Shown in pieces: positions 27,507-37,295 of a DNA stretch of 49,196 bases. The DNA lies in assembly GCA_015663235.1 (NCBI GenBank), contig DQSL01000126.1:1-49196 (forward strand), written 5' to 3'. The notes below the pieces were generated by a model. The model was given only the letters and a program-made list of their open reading frames with translations. It was not told the origin of the DNA and made no database searches. The DNA is from Mariprofundaceae bacterium (GTDB lineage: Bacteria > Pseudomonadota > Zetaproteobacteria > Mariprofundales > Mariprofundaceae). The position numbers and the translations under genes were made by a program. Within the stretch, counting starts at the first letter, position 1. Every line of letters begins with the position of its first letter.

Positions 27507-28331
27507 GTGTTGAAAACGCGCTTTGCCCCGTCACCATCAGGTTTGTTGCATTTGGGTAATATTTATTCGGCTTTGCAATGCGAAGCTTGGGCAAAGTCCA
27601 ATAAAGCGCAAATGATATTGCGTATTGAAGATGTTGATTTTCACCGATGTAAAACTGAATTTAGCCAACAGATTATGGATGACTTGGCTTGGTTGGGCAT
27701 CCACTTTGATGGCGAGCCAAGCTTTCAACAACAACGCTTAGACTTGTACCAAGAGGCTTTGGATAAGTTGATTGCGATGGATGTGTTATACCCATGTTTT
27801 TGTTCAAGAAAAGAGATTCAATCTGTCGCCACTGCGAACCCAATTTTGGATAACTATCCGCGAACATGTTTGGCATTGCCCCCGAATGAAGTGTTAAATC
27901 TTAAAAAAAAGAAACCTTTCTCATGGCGTTTAGACACTCAAAAGGTTGCGCAACTTATGGGCTGGAAAGAGGCTTGGATTGATGCTAACGATAGGCTGCA
28001 ATCATTTGATGTGGCAGATGTTGGTGATGTAATTATTGGGCGCAAAGACATTCAATACAGCTATCATTTATCAGTCGTTGTGGATGATGCACAACAAGGT
28101 ATTTCTCACGTCATTCGCGGGGAAGATTTAAGAAGCAGTACACCAGTTCATCGGTTGTTACAGTTGTTGTTAGGCTATGAATCACCCGTTTATATACATC
28201 ATGCTTTGCTTGTGGATGAGCAGGGTGCGCGCCTTGCTAAGAGTAAATACTCAACACCACTCCAACTGCTTAGGCAGCAAGGGTTGAGTGCGGATGATGT
28301 GCTTGAACGCATATCAAAGGTCAGCCTGTGA
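27507..28331 (+). CDS. gluQ: tRNA glutamyl-Q(34) synthetase
   Basis: RFAPSPSGLLHLGN, LRIEDVD, YPCFCSR, YHLSVVVDD, RGEDL, RLAKS; no anticodon-binding domain (274 aa). Confidence 0.9.
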   Translation: MLKTRFAPSPSGLLHLGNIYSALQCEAWAKSNKAQMILRIEDVDFHRCKTEFSQQIMDDLAWLGIHFDGEPSFQQQRLDLYQEALDKLIAMDVLYPCFCSRKEIQSVATANPILDNYPRTCLALPPNEVLNLKKKKPFSWRLDTQKVAQLMGWKEAWIDANDRLQSFDVADVGDVIIGRKDIQYSYHLSVVVDDAQQGISHVIRGEDLRSSTPVHRLLQLLLGYESPVYIHHALLVDEQGARLAKSKYSTPLQLLRQQGLSADDVLERISKVSL

Positions 28332-28361
28332 GCTGCCCTTTGTATGACTTTCTTTGGGGTG

Positions 28362-29630
28362 TTAGCCTAATGTGCCTTGTAAGATATAATAGAATATCAC
28401 TGCCAAGGTCGCACCAGCAGGTAATGTGACAATCCAAGACATGAAAATGGTTTGAATCACACCCACATTCAATGCACCAATACCACGCGCCAGACCCACA
28501 CCCAATACACCACCAACAAGCGTATGTGTTGTTGAAATAGGAAGACCAATCGCTGATGCAAACACAATCGTTACAGCCGCCCCTAATGTAGCTGCAAAAC
28601 CACGGCTTGGTGTTAATTCTGTGATACCAGAGCCAACTGTGGCAATCACTTTATGCCCATAAGTTGCCAAACCAAACACGATACCAGCACCACCAAGAAT
28701 AAGAATCCAAATGGGTGTGGATGATTGGGCTGCAATTTCCCCAGCATTTTGAACCAGTCCAACTATAGCTGCCACAGGGCCAATCGCATTGGCAACATCA
28801 TTGGAGCCGTGGGCAAAAGCAATGGCGATGGCTGTGAAAATCATTAACACACCAAATATCTTTTCCATATTGGTGAAATGAAAATCCTTGTCATCTGTTG
28901 GGTCAAATTTAAGTCTGCGAATCATCAACGTGCCTAAAGCCATGATAAACAGCCCTAAACCTGCTGCAATCATAGCAGCTTCATCTAGTGGGAGCTTCAC
29001 GCCAACATGTTTCAAGCCTTTGACCATGGTGACCATGGAAATAATGAAACCCACGATAAAGATATAAATAGGTACATATTTCTTTGCTTGTTCAAGCGGA
29101 TTGTCGGTGTTGATGATTAATTTTTGAATACTACGAAATAAGAAAAAAGCCATGGTTCCAGCCAAGAGTGGAGATGTTATCCAACTCATGGCAATCGTGC
29201 CCACTTTACCCCATTGCACGGCTTCCATACCAATACACACTGCACCAAAGCCAACAATCGCACCCACGATGGAGTGGGTTGTGGATACTGGCCAGCCTTT
29301 ACGCGTTGCAATCAATAACCAGCAACCAGCAGCAAGCAATGAAGCCAACATACCATGAATTAAGATTTCGGGTGTGTCATTGAGTGATGAGACATCAATA
29401 ATGCCTTTGCGAATGGTGTTGGTGACAGATCCACCAGCGAGAACTGCTCCAGCAAATTCAAACACCGCAGCGATAATAACGGCTTGTTTAAAGGTTAATG
29501 CGCCAGAGCCAACCGATGTTCCCATGGCGTTGGCAACATCATTTGCACCAATTCCCCATGCCATAAATAAGCCGAATACAATGGCTAATGTGATATAAAT
29601 TTCTGCGTTTGCGATAATGATAGATTCCAT
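28362..29630 (-). CDS. Inorganic phosphate transporter, PiT family
   Basis: GANDVANA and AHGSNDVANA signatures, PVSTTH and PISTTH. Confidence 0.95.
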   Translation of the reverse strand: MESIIIANAEIYITLAIVFGLFMAWGIGANDVANAMGTSVGSGALTFKQAVIIAAVFEFAGAVLAGGSVTNTIRKGIIDVSSLNDTPEILIHGMLASLLAAGCWLLIATRKGWPVSTTHSIVGAIVGFGAVCIGMEAVQWGKVGTIAMSWITSPLLAGTMAFFLFRSIQKLIINTDNPLEQAKKYVPIYIFIVGFIISMVTMVKGLKHVGVKLPLDEAAMIAAGLGLFIMALGTLMIRRLKFDPTDDKDFHFTNMEKIFGVLMIFTAIAIAFAHGSNDVANAIGPVAAIVGLVQNAGEIAAQSSTPIWILILGGAGIVFGLATYGHKVIATVGSGITELTPSRGFAATLGAAVTIVFASAIGLPISTTHTLVGGVLGVGLARGIGALNVGVIQTIFMSWIVTLPAGATLAVIFYYILQGTLG

Positions 29631-29642
29631 TGTTTTATATCC

Positions 29643-30323
29643 TTATCGCGCCAAAAGTAGTTGCAAACGAGAGCCTACACGTTGAGAAATATCAGCAAGC
29701 TCGCCTGTCCAATCAATCATGCGATAAAGAAACATCATATCAATGGGTGGGTACTCTTTTTCAATGGCAAATAAGGCATGGCGAATTTGTTGTTCAAATT
29801 TATCAGATTCGTATTCAGTCTTGTCTAAATCTTTAATCATATCTTGCACAACAGTGACTTCACCACCGCGAAAGCCTGCTTCAACCAACTCATCAAGTTC
29901 ATTGATTGCCTTCTTGGCTTGTTCAGAGGCTTGCACAGAGCATTCAACGAATGCAATAAAAAGTTCAGAAATAGACTCTGGCATCTGCATTTTTCGACCA
30001 AGCATGATGCCCGCAATATCTTTTGCCATATTGGCAATTTTATCTTGTTGGGTCACAATATCTAATATCTGCTCTCTGGGCATAGGCATGAATAAACTGT
30101 TGGGTAAATTCATACGAAGCTTGTGTTTTAACGTGTCTGCTTCATTTTCCAGTTTTGATATTTTCTTTTGAATTGCAGTGGCATCATCAAATTTTTGTGC
30201 TGCCATTGCCTTAAAAAAAGATGGTAGCTGGCTAGTGCATTCGCATACCTTTTCCATGTGCTGTTGTAATGGGCGCACTGGAGACCCCGCAAACATACTG
30301 GTAATTGCACTTTTACGAACCAT
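29643..30323 (-). CDS. DUF47 / TIGR00153 PiT-associated phosphate transport regulator
   Basis: SPVRPLQQHM, LENEAD, LFMPMPRE, QQDKIAN; directly upstream of pit. Confidence 0.9.
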   Translation of the reverse strand: MVRKSAITSMFAGSPVRPLQQHMEKVCECTSQLPSFFKAMAAQKFDDATAIQKKISKLENEADTLKHKLRMNLPNSLFMPMPREQILDIVTQQDKIANMAKDIAGIMLGRKMQMPESISELFIAFVECSVQASEQAKKAINELDELVEAGFRGGEVTVVQDMIKDLDKTEYESDKFEQQIRHALFAIEKEYPPIDMMFLYRMIDWTGELADISQRVGSRLQLLLAR

Positions 30324-30390
30324 GATACTTCCCCCTCGAAAAGAGAGAGAAAGTTAATCTTATTTTAAGCTTTCGTCACGTCTTGAATGA

Positions 30391-31095
30391 TTAATCAATA
30401 TCCTCACCAGCAAGAATGCGGGCTGCGGCTTCATGGTCAACATGACGAATATCATGCCCTTGTTCAATATAAATGACCATTTCAGCAATATTGGTTGCAT
30501 GGTCAGAAATGCGTTCCAAGTTTTTTGCCATATTGGACAAAATAATGGATGAGCTGATTGAGTGCGGGTCTTCCATCATATAAGTGAGCATTTCACGGTA
30601 CATGCGCTTGTAAAGCACATCAATACCTTCATCTTTTTCAATAACTGTCATTGCCAGCTCAGTGTCACCACGAGAAAAAGCATCCAAAGCACGGTTGACC
30701 TGACGAATAACTTTTTCAGCCATGATATCAAGGTTAGAAAAGACACGTGGTGGATTTTCCAGCGAATAAAGCGTTCCTTTGGCGATGCCAGTGGATAAGT
30801 CACCCATACGCTCCAAATCGGTGACAAGTTTGATGATGCCCATAATAAAGCGTAAGTCACCAGCGGCAGGCTGCCTACGTACCAAAATATCGCGTGTCAT
30901 TTCATCGCATTGTACTTCCAAGGCATTAATGGCTCTGTCACGTTTAATAGTCTTTTTTGCCAGCTTTTCATTTTGTTCTAACATTGAGCGCACGGCATTA
31001 CCAACGGCGCGTTCAACCAAGCCGCCCATAGCGAGAACGTGCTCTCTTAGTGCATCAAGCTCTTCATCAAATCTTTTCATTGTGTGTTGTTGCAT
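30391..31095 (-). CDS. phoU: Phosphate signalling complex protein PhoU
   Basis: RQPAAGDLR, DLERMGD, NLERISDHATNIAE. Confidence 0.97.
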   Translation of the reverse strand: MQQHTMKRFDEELDALREHVLAMGGLVERAVGNAVRSMLEQNEKLAKKTIKRDRAINALEVQCDEMTRDILVRRQPAAGDLRFIMGIIKLVTDLERMGDLSTGIAKGTLYSLENPPRVFSNLDIMAEKVIRQVNRALDAFSRGDTELAMTVIEKDEGIDVLYKRMYREMLTYMMEDPHSISSSIILSNMAKNLERISDHATNIAEMVIYIEQGHDIRHVDHEAAARILAGEDID

Positions 31096-31107
31096 GGTAT
31101 TTACCTC

Positions 31108-31869
31108 TTATCCAAAGCGACCAGTGATATAGTCCTCTGTTTGCTGCTGTTTTGGTTTGGTGAAAATATCGCCTGTATTACCAAACTCAATTAAGTTACC
31201 CATATAAAAGAAGGCTGTGAAATCAGAAACACGAGCCGCCTGCTGCATACTGTGGGTGACAATAATAATGGTGTATTCTTTTTTTAATTCGTCCATAAGT
31301 TCTTCAATTTTTGCTGAAGCAATAGGATCAAGAGCTGAGCAAGGCTCATCCATGAGAATGACTTCGGGTTTTACCGCAATCGTTCTAGCAATACATAAAC
31401 GCTGTTGCTGACCGCCTGAAAGGGCGGTGCCAGGCTCATGAAGCTTGTCTTTTACTTCATTCCATAAGCTGGCTTTTTTTAAGACATTTTCAACAAGCTC
31501 ATCCATTTCCGCACCTTTGCTCGCAATGCCATGAATACGTGGGGCATAGGCAACGTTCTCATAAATACTTTTAGGGAAAGGGTTGGGCTTTTGGAAGACC
31601 ATGCCCACATGGCTGCGAAGTTGCACAACATCCACGCTCGGATCATAAATATCAATATCATCCATCAAAACATTGCCTTCAATACGGCAGCTTGAGATAT
31701 GGTCATTCATGCGGTTTAAGCAGCGCAATAAAGTAGATTTTCCGCAACCAGAAGGTCCAATAAATGATGTTATTTTCTTTTCAGCAATACCCAAGTCGAT
31801 ACCATGCAAGGCCTGACTTTCACCATACCACAGCTTGAGTTGATTGATGCTAATTTTTGATTTACTCAT
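31108..31869 (-). CDS. pstB: Phosphate ABC transporter ATP-binding protein
   Basis: [51 protein letters not shown]; ATG 31869 preferred over 31917. Confidence 0.98.
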   Translation of the reverse strand: MSKSKISINQLKLWYGESQALHGIDLGIAEKKITSFIGPSGCGKSTLLRCLNRMNDHISSCRIEGNVLMDDIDIYDPSVDVVQLRSHVGMVFQKPNPFPKSIYENVAYAPRIHGIASKGAEMDELVENVLKKASLWNEVKDKLHEPGTALSGGQQQRLCIARTIAVKPEVILMDEPCSALDPIASAKIEELMDELKKEYTIIIVTHSMQQAARVSDFTAFFYMGNLIEFGNTGDIFTKPKQQQTEDYITGRFG

Positions 31870-31870
31870 G

Positions 31871-33031
31871 TTACCACCTTGTCTCAAATCGTTTGCGTAA
31901 CCAAATTGCAAAAGCATTCATGGAAAGCAGAATAGTCACCAACACTAAAATAGCAGCCGCTGTTCGCTCTTCATAGGCGCGAATAGATTCACCTGCCCAT
32001 GTGAAGATTTGTGCAGGAAGCACGGTTGCAGCATCGGTGAAACTTGTGGGCGCGTCGGGGATATACGCCATCATGCCAATCACCAACAATGGCGCTGTTT
32101 CGCCCATGGCTTGTGCCAAACCAATAATTGTACCTGTGAGTATGCCAGGGAACGCTAGTGGTAAAACATGATGAAACACAGCTTGCCAGCGCGATGCACC
32201 CAAGCCATACGCAGCTTCGCGAATACTGCTCGGCACTGCGCGAAGTGCGGCACGTGTGGTAATAATAATCACGGGAAGTGTCATCAGTGCAAGGGTTAAG
32301 CCACCGACCAAGGCAGATGAGCGCGGCACACCAAAGAAGTTGATGAAAATAGCCAAGCCCAACAAGCCAAACAAAATAGAGGGTATGGCTGCAAGATTGT
32401 TGATGTTGACTTCCACAAGCTGAGTAATGCGATTATCAGGTGCAAACTCTTCCAAATAAATCGCCGTCATCACACCAATAGGCAAGGCAATGGCAAGCGT
32501 AACCAGCAGAACGAGGATAGAACCGATAACTGCCGATTTAATACCCGCAAGTTCTGCCATTTTTGAGTCGCCGCGGGTGAAGAAACCAGTGTTGAAGGCT
32601 AATTTAACTCTTCCTTCTTCTTGCAGTTTATCAATTTGTTGTTTGTGTTTGTCTTTGAGTCGGTTGGTATAACCTTTGAGGTATTGATCCACATCTGCAG
32701 TTGCAAGTACCCACTCTTGGCGCGTTGTTCGCATCACTTCAGGGTTGTCTTCCATGTAGAGGGGTAGGGTGCGCAGCCAACCACGGCTCACTATCTTGCG
32801 GTAAGGCTTATCAACGGCTTTACGATAGCTTTTAACACTGGCTTCATTGTAGTGAACATCAACAAGGATTTCAGCTTGGGAAAATGCAGACATACCTTTG
32901 CCAATCATGTTGGAGAAGAAAAACACCAAGAATGAAGCCGCCAGTAACAATGCAAAAACTGCAGCACCTTTAAATATTTTTTCTTTGCGGTAGCGGCGTT
33001 TTAATGCCTTGGTGGATACAATCTTATTCAT
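31871..33031 (-). CDS. pstA: Phosphate ABC transporter permease PstA
   Basis: [46 protein letters not shown]. Confidence 0.96.
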   Translation of the reverse strand: MNKIVSTKALKRRYRKEKIFKGAAVFALLLAASFLVFFFSNMIGKGMSAFSQAEILVDVHYNEASVKSYRKAVDKPYRKIVSRGWLRTLPLYMEDNPEVMRTTRQEWVLATADVDQYLKGYTNRLKDKHKQQIDKLQEEGRVKLAFNTGFFTRGDSKMAELAGIKSAVIGSILVLLVTLAIALPIGVMTAIYLEEFAPDNRITQLVEVNINNLAAIPSILFGLLGLAIFINFFGVPRSSALVGGLTLALMTLPVIIITTRAALRAVPSSIREAAYGLGASRWQAVFHHVLPLAFPGILTGTIIGLAQAMGETAPLLVIGMMAYIPDAPTSFTDAATVLPAQIFTWAGESIRAYEERTAAAILVLVTILLSMNAFAIWLRKRFETRW

Positions 33032-34241
33032 ATTGGCTCCTAAAGCGGCGTGTCACATAAATAGATATAAAGTTTAACATCAATGTAATCACGAGCAGGA
33101 CAAGCCCTAAACCAAATGCAGATAAAGTTTCAGGCGAATTAAAAGCTTGGTCGCCTGTAAGTGCATCCACAATACGTACGGTCACCGTGGTCATGCCTTC
33201 CAAAGGGTTCCATGTGAGGTTGGGGCGCAGACCCGCAGCCATGACCACAATCATGGTTTCGCCCAAAGCGCGAGACACACCCAATAAACAAGCAGCAATA
33301 ATGCCAGGAAGAGCTGTGGGCAGAACAATTTTGATAATGGTTTCAGAGTTTGTGGTGCCAAGTGCTAAAGAGGCATCACGCAGTGAGCGAGGCACTGCTC
33401 GAATCACATCATCAGATAATGATGAAATGAAGGGGATAATCATAATACCCATCACCAAACCTGGTGTTAAAGCATTGGTATAGTCTGCATGAAGCCCGAC
33501 AACCTCTGCGAACTCAACCACCAGTGGGCTAACTGTAATGGCTGCGAAGAAACCATAAACAACGGTGGGGATACCTGCTAAAATCTCCAAAGCAGGTTTA
33601 GCAATATTACGCACACGTTCGCTGGCGTATTCAGACATGTATACGGCGGATAAGATGCCCACAGGCACTGCGACACACATGGCGATGATGGTAATCATAA
33701 ATGTGCCTGCAAAAATTGGGATAGAACCAAACATACCCGTGGTGTTACCTTCAGTGGCATCATCTGGAGCCCAGTGTGTACCTGTTAAAAACTCCCATAA
33801 ACTGACAATTTTGAAGAAGTGAATGGCTTCAAAAACGATGGCTAGAACAATGCCAATGGTGGTTAAAATTGAAATCAATGCTGCTACGACCAGAAAGTAG
33901 CGAATGATGCGCTCAACGGATTCGCGGGCGCAGAGTGTTGGGCGAACATTTTTTAAGCTGTAAATACTGCCTAAAACACTGAGTAAAACAGCAATAACCA
34001 ATACGTAAAAACCATCTGCGGTATATAAGGTCAGCAGGTGAAGCGCGCTGGCGAAGAAAAAAGTTATCGCGCCAGGGAGAACAATAAAAAGACCTACATA
34101 AAAGGCATAATGCACAGGCAAAGAGCGCCAATGCGTATCATTAAAAGCGTTTTGTACCTTTGCTCTTACCAAGAAGCCTACAACGGCTGCAATAGGAAGT
34201 GCTGTGATAAAGAAATAAAATGCAGCATCTGAAATATTCAA
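33024..34241 (-). CDS. pstC: Phosphate ABC transporter permease PstC
   Basis: YMSEYA, LEILAGIPTVVYG, SLSDD, SRALGETM; TTG start with AGGG SD. Confidence 0.96.
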   Translation of the reverse strand: MNISDAAFYFFITALPIAAVVGFLVRAKVQNAFNDTHWRSLPVHYAFYVGLFIVLPGAITFFFASALHLLTLYTADGFYVLVIAVLLSVLGSIYSLKNVRPTLCARESVERIIRYFLVVAALISILTTIGIVLAIVFEAIHFFKIVSLWEFLTGTHWAPDDATEGNTTGMFGSIPIFAGTFMITIIAMCVAVPVGILSAVYMSEYASERVRNIAKPALEILAGIPTVVYGFFAAITVSPLVVEFAEVVGLHADYTNALTPGLVMGIMIIPFISSLSDDVIRAVPRSLRDASLALGTTNSETIIKIVLPTALPGIIAACLLGVSRALGETMIVVMAAGLRPNLTWNPLEGMTTVTVRIVDALTGDQAFNSPETLSAFGLGLVLLVITLMLNFISIYVTRRFRSQYE

Positions 34242-34301
34242 GTTAGAACCCTGTTCATCATACTAATATTAATTATGCGCACGCATACTGTTTTAAAGAA
34301 T

Positions 34302-34337
34302 AAAAAAGTGCCACCTTAAAAGTAAAAAGGCAGCACT
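34302..34337 (-). terminator. Stem-loop with U-tract between pstS and pstC (partial terminator or mRNA stabiliser)
   Basis: Minus strand AGTGCTGCCTT-loop-AAGGTGGCACT-TTTTT with two G-U pairs. Confidence 0.65.
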
Positions 34338-34361
34338 CCTTTTGGACTGGCTTAACCAAAC

Positions 34362-35420
34362 TTAGTGTTTTAAGTCTTTAGCGGTCAGCTTTTTATGCGC
34401 TTTTACATTGTGACGAACTTCATCACGTTGTGATTCTGGTAAAGCAATCAAACCAATTTCGGTTAAATTACCGTCTTCACCAATCATGTCTTCGTCAACG
34501 AACATATTGATATACTCCTGCATACCTTTGACCCTTTTAAGGTGGTCATTTTTGATGTAGAAGAACAAAGAACGAGAGATTGGGTACTTACCTGAAGAAA
34601 TGGCCTTAGGCTCAGGTGCAACACCTTCAACGGTAGCTGCTGATACACGACCTGAATTTTCTTCAAGGAAAGAGTAACCAAAAATACCAAATGCATTTTT
34701 ATCTTTGGTCAACTTCTGTACGATAAGATTATCATTTTCACCTGAGGGGACATAAATACCATCGGTACGAATTGTTTTATACTTTTTATACTTTTTATTT
34801 TTTACTGGGTCAGCTTTGTAAAGCTTGGTATAAATATCCATTTTTTTGGTCAATGCTTTCATCACCAAATCATGAAATGCATCACGTGTACCTGAAGAAG
34901 TTGGCGGACCATAAAAGATAATAGGGCGATGCGGTAGTGAAGCATCAATTTCATTCCAATACTTGTATGGGTTTGGAATCAGTTTCGTACCTGCTTTATT
35001 GGGCACTTCAGCAGCGACGGCGAGAAGAATGTGTTTGCGTGTTAAGTTAATGGGTTTGTTTGTTTTAGATTGTGCAATGGCAATACCATCAAAACCAATC
35101 ACGACTTCTGTGATGTTGCGGACACCATTTTTTGCGCATAACTTAAACTCACTTGGTTTCATGCGACGAGATGCGTTGGTGATGTCAGGTGTGTTGCTAT
35201 CATGACCTGCACAAAACAACTTCATGCCACCACCAGAACCTGTGGATTCAATGATTGGGGTTTTGAAGCGTGTGGTTGCGCCCAGCTCTTCGGCAACATA
35301 AGAAGCGAAAGGATACACTGTGGATGACCCTACAATATGGACGTTTTCTGCTTGTGCAGCGTTTCCAGCAAAGAAGCTGAGTGAGGCTAATGCTGAGATT
35401 AAGATGACTTGCTTTTTCAT
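34362..35420 (-). CDS. pstS: Phosphate ABC transporter substrate-binding protein
   Basis: Signal peptide AQA, VGSSTVYPF, ESTGSGGG, NASR, SSGTRD, YPISRSLFFY; AAGGAG SD favours ATG 35420. Confidence 0.96.
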   Translation of the reverse strand: MKKQVILISALASLSFFAGNAAQAENVHIVGSSTVYPFASYVAEELGATTRFKTPIIESTGSGGGMKLFCAGHDSNTPDITNASRRMKPSEFKLCAKNGVRNITEVVIGFDGIAIAQSKTNKPINLTRKHILLAVAAEVPNKAGTKLIPNPYKYWNEIDASLPHRPIIFYGPPTSSGTRDAFHDLVMKALTKKMDIYTKLYKADPVKNKKYKKYKTIRTDGIYVPSGENDNLIVQKLTKDKNAFGIFGYSFLEENSGRVSAATVEGVAPEPKAISSGKYPISRSLFFYIKNDHLKRVKGMQEYINMFVDEDMIGEDGNLTEIGLIALPESQRDEVRHNVKAHKKLTAKDLKH

Positions 35421-35453
35421 CAATGAACTCCTTGTTCGTTTGTATTGTGTGGT

Positions 35454-35486
35454 ACTCTACATGTGAATGTGACATCAATATGACAA
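35454..35486 (-). promoter_or_regulatory. Pho box promoter of pstS
   Basis: TGTCAT (35485-35480) and TGTCAC (35474-35469) 11 bp apart, then 9 nt to TAGAGT -10 (35459-35454). Confidence 0.85.
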
Positions 35487-35513
35487 TGTCTATATTCCAG
35501 TGTTTGGTTCACC

Positions 35514-35548
35514 AAAAAAAGTCGCCAGCCTAATGGCTAGCGACTTTT
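35514..35548 (-). terminator. Rho-independent terminator of porin gene
   Basis: Minus strand AAAAGTCGCTAGCC-ATTA-GGCTGGCGAC followed by T7. Confidence 0.85.
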
Positions 35549-35587
35549 CGGATGTAAACCTATGAGGGGGTTTAATTTGCTTGTTGC

Positions 35588-36598
35588 TTAGAACTTAACC
35601 AAAGAAAATAGACCAACAGTTGTTGTTTTTGTGCCATTATCATCTTTGAGGTCATATGCGGCAGTTAGTGTTACGCCTTTTTGCGCAAAGTAGTCAAAAC
35701 CAATAACAGTGTGATCTTTTTTAACACCAGCTTTATCTTCTGAATCAAGACGAGCGAATGCACCGAATTCTTTGCTGAATTTGCCAGTTGCCCAAAGACC
35801 AGTTGCAGTACGGTCATCACCCGTTGTGGTTTTCATGTTTTTAACGTCAATAGCGTTCACGCCAACACGGAAGTCACTCGTACCATAAGAGACCATAACT
35901 TGTGTCATCGTATGTTTGTCTGCAATATTTACTGTGCTGTCAGTTTTCTTGCCTTTATAGCCAGAAACATATTGCAATGAAACATCCAAGCCATCCATAG
36001 GTTTAAATGTTACGCGTGTGTTTAAATCCACAGCACCCGTTTGATTGGGTTTGCCGTATCCGCCACCGTTTGTTGCGGTAACCCAATAACTTACGAAGTC
36101 ATCAGCAAACTTACCTTTCAAACCAATGCCATAGTCTGAAGATGTGTCATAACCCATATAGTCCGATGTTACTTTAGACACATAACGATGCCCCCAAAGC
36201 TTTTGTTCGTAGTCAATCCAAGGTGTGTGCGACAAACCAAGGCGAAGTGTTGCTGCATCTGAGAATTTACCTTCTAAATATGCATACTTCAAAAACACAT
36301 TCATGTTGCGTTTAAGGGTCACGTTGTTTTGTTCATTGTTCACATCAGTGGTGATGCGTGCAGTCCAGATATCTTTGGTATATTTGGCTTGGAAGTAGAA
36401 GCGGTCAACATTGCCACCGATTGTTTTTGTTCCTGCGTTATCAACTTGGGTAAAGCCTAAAAATGCTTTACCACTGATTTTAAGCTTTGATTCGCCATCA
36501 TCAGCAACGGTTACGGCTTGTGCAGTAGTTGCTGACATCACAGTTGCAGATATTGCGACTGTAAGGGCAAGTGCTGTTAGTGAAACTTGTTTTTTCAT
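35588..36598 (-). CDS. Outer-membrane porin, probably phosphate-starvation induced
   Basis: Signal peptide ending AQA, amphipathic beta pattern, FLKYAYLE, terminal F; Pho box upstream, adjacent to pstS. Confidence 0.85.
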   Translation of the reverse strand: MKKQVSLTALALTVAISATVMSATTAQAVTVADDGESKLKISGKAFLGFTQVDNAGTKTIGGNVDRFYFQAKYTKDIWTARITTDVNNEQNNVTLKRNMNVFLKYAYLEGKFSDAATLRLGLSHTPWIDYEQKLWGHRYVSKVTSDYMGYDTSSDYGIGLKGKFADDFVSYWVTATNGGGYGKPNQTGAVDLNTRVTFKPMDGLDVSLQYVSGYKGKKTDSTVNIADKHTMTQVMVSYGTSDFRVGVNAIDVKNMKTTTGDDRTATGLWATGKFSKEFGAFARLDSEDKAGVKKDHTVIGFDYFAQKGVTLTAAYDLKDDNGTKTTTVGLFSLVKF

Positions 36599-36659
36599 GT
36601 TGTGCTCCCAGTTATAGGTATAATATATTCGATATGTTATCGAGTTTTTCTTGCGGCGA

Positions 36660-36693
36660 ATAGTAAATTATTTATGTGACAGTATGATGACAC
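36660..36693 (-). promoter_or_regulatory. Pho box promoter of porin
   Basis: TGTCAT (36692-36687) and TGTCAC (36681-36676) 11 bp apart, 10 nt to TACTAT -10 (36665-36660). Confidence 0.85.
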
Positions 36694-36700
36694 AGTGCCT

Positions 36701-36733
36701 ATGTCATCAATTTGTCATGTAACTATTTACTGT
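36701..36733 (+). promoter_or_regulatory. Pho box promoter of cNMP-protein-phoB-phoR operon
   Basis: TGTCAT 36702-36707 and 36713-36718, 11 bp apart, 9 nt to TACTGT -10 (36728-36733). Confidence 0.85.
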
Positions 36734-36764
36734 GTCTCTACCTTATAGATAAGAAGGAGATAAA

Positions 36765-37295
36765 ATGAATACACAGAATATTATGGAATATTCAAACAAG
36801 GGTTCTATGGCAGAGTCGTTGATAGTTAGTGATAAAAGGTTTCAAGATTTTTATAGGCTGCCTTTAATGGGAAGTATAAACGAAAAACATGCGATGTTAT
36901 TGTTTAGTTGTTTAACACCAGAGACCTTTGAGGCAGGAAAAACCATTTATAGCGCAGGCGAAGCATCAGCAGGAAAAATGCATATCATATTGGATGGAAA
37001 AGTGGTTGTGCACTCTGCCAGCGGCTATAAATATAACAGTTTGCGTAAAGGTGAAGTGTTCGGTTTATTTTCATTCTTAGACGAGCAACGCACCCATTCT
37101 GCAACTTTGACGGTAGAGCGTCATACGCATGCGTTAACACTAGAGCGCACATTTTTTGATTTGATGACATTGGAAGAGCCGAAGCTTGCCAGCCAATGGA
37201 TGCGCTTTATGTTTAGCTTGTTAAGTAAGAAAGCATTAGAGTTGGAGATTGAATACGCGAATATTCACAACTTTGCATTTGGAGGAAAGGTATAG
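36765..37295 (+). CDS. Stand-alone cyclic-nucleotide-binding-fold protein, no HTH
   Basis: AAGGAG SD; FEAGKTIYSAGE, MHIILDGKV, GEVFG, HSAT, C-helix; TAG/GTG 1-bp overlap with phoB. Confidence 0.85.
   Translation: MNTQNIMEYSNKGSMAESLIVSDKRFQDFYRLPLMGSINEKHAMLLFSCLTPETFEAGKTIYSAGEASAGKMHIILDGKVVVHSASGYKYNSLRKGEVFGLFSFLDEQRTHSATLTVERHTHALTLERTFFDLMTLEEPKLASQWMRFMFSLLSKKALELEIEYANIHNFAFGGKV

Noticed and set aside
34238-34261. 7-codon uORF MMNRVLT overlapping the pstC TTG start, with nearby TATGCG-CA-CGCATA palindrome
   Set aside because: Easily arises by chance; pstC has its own AGGG SD; no independent support
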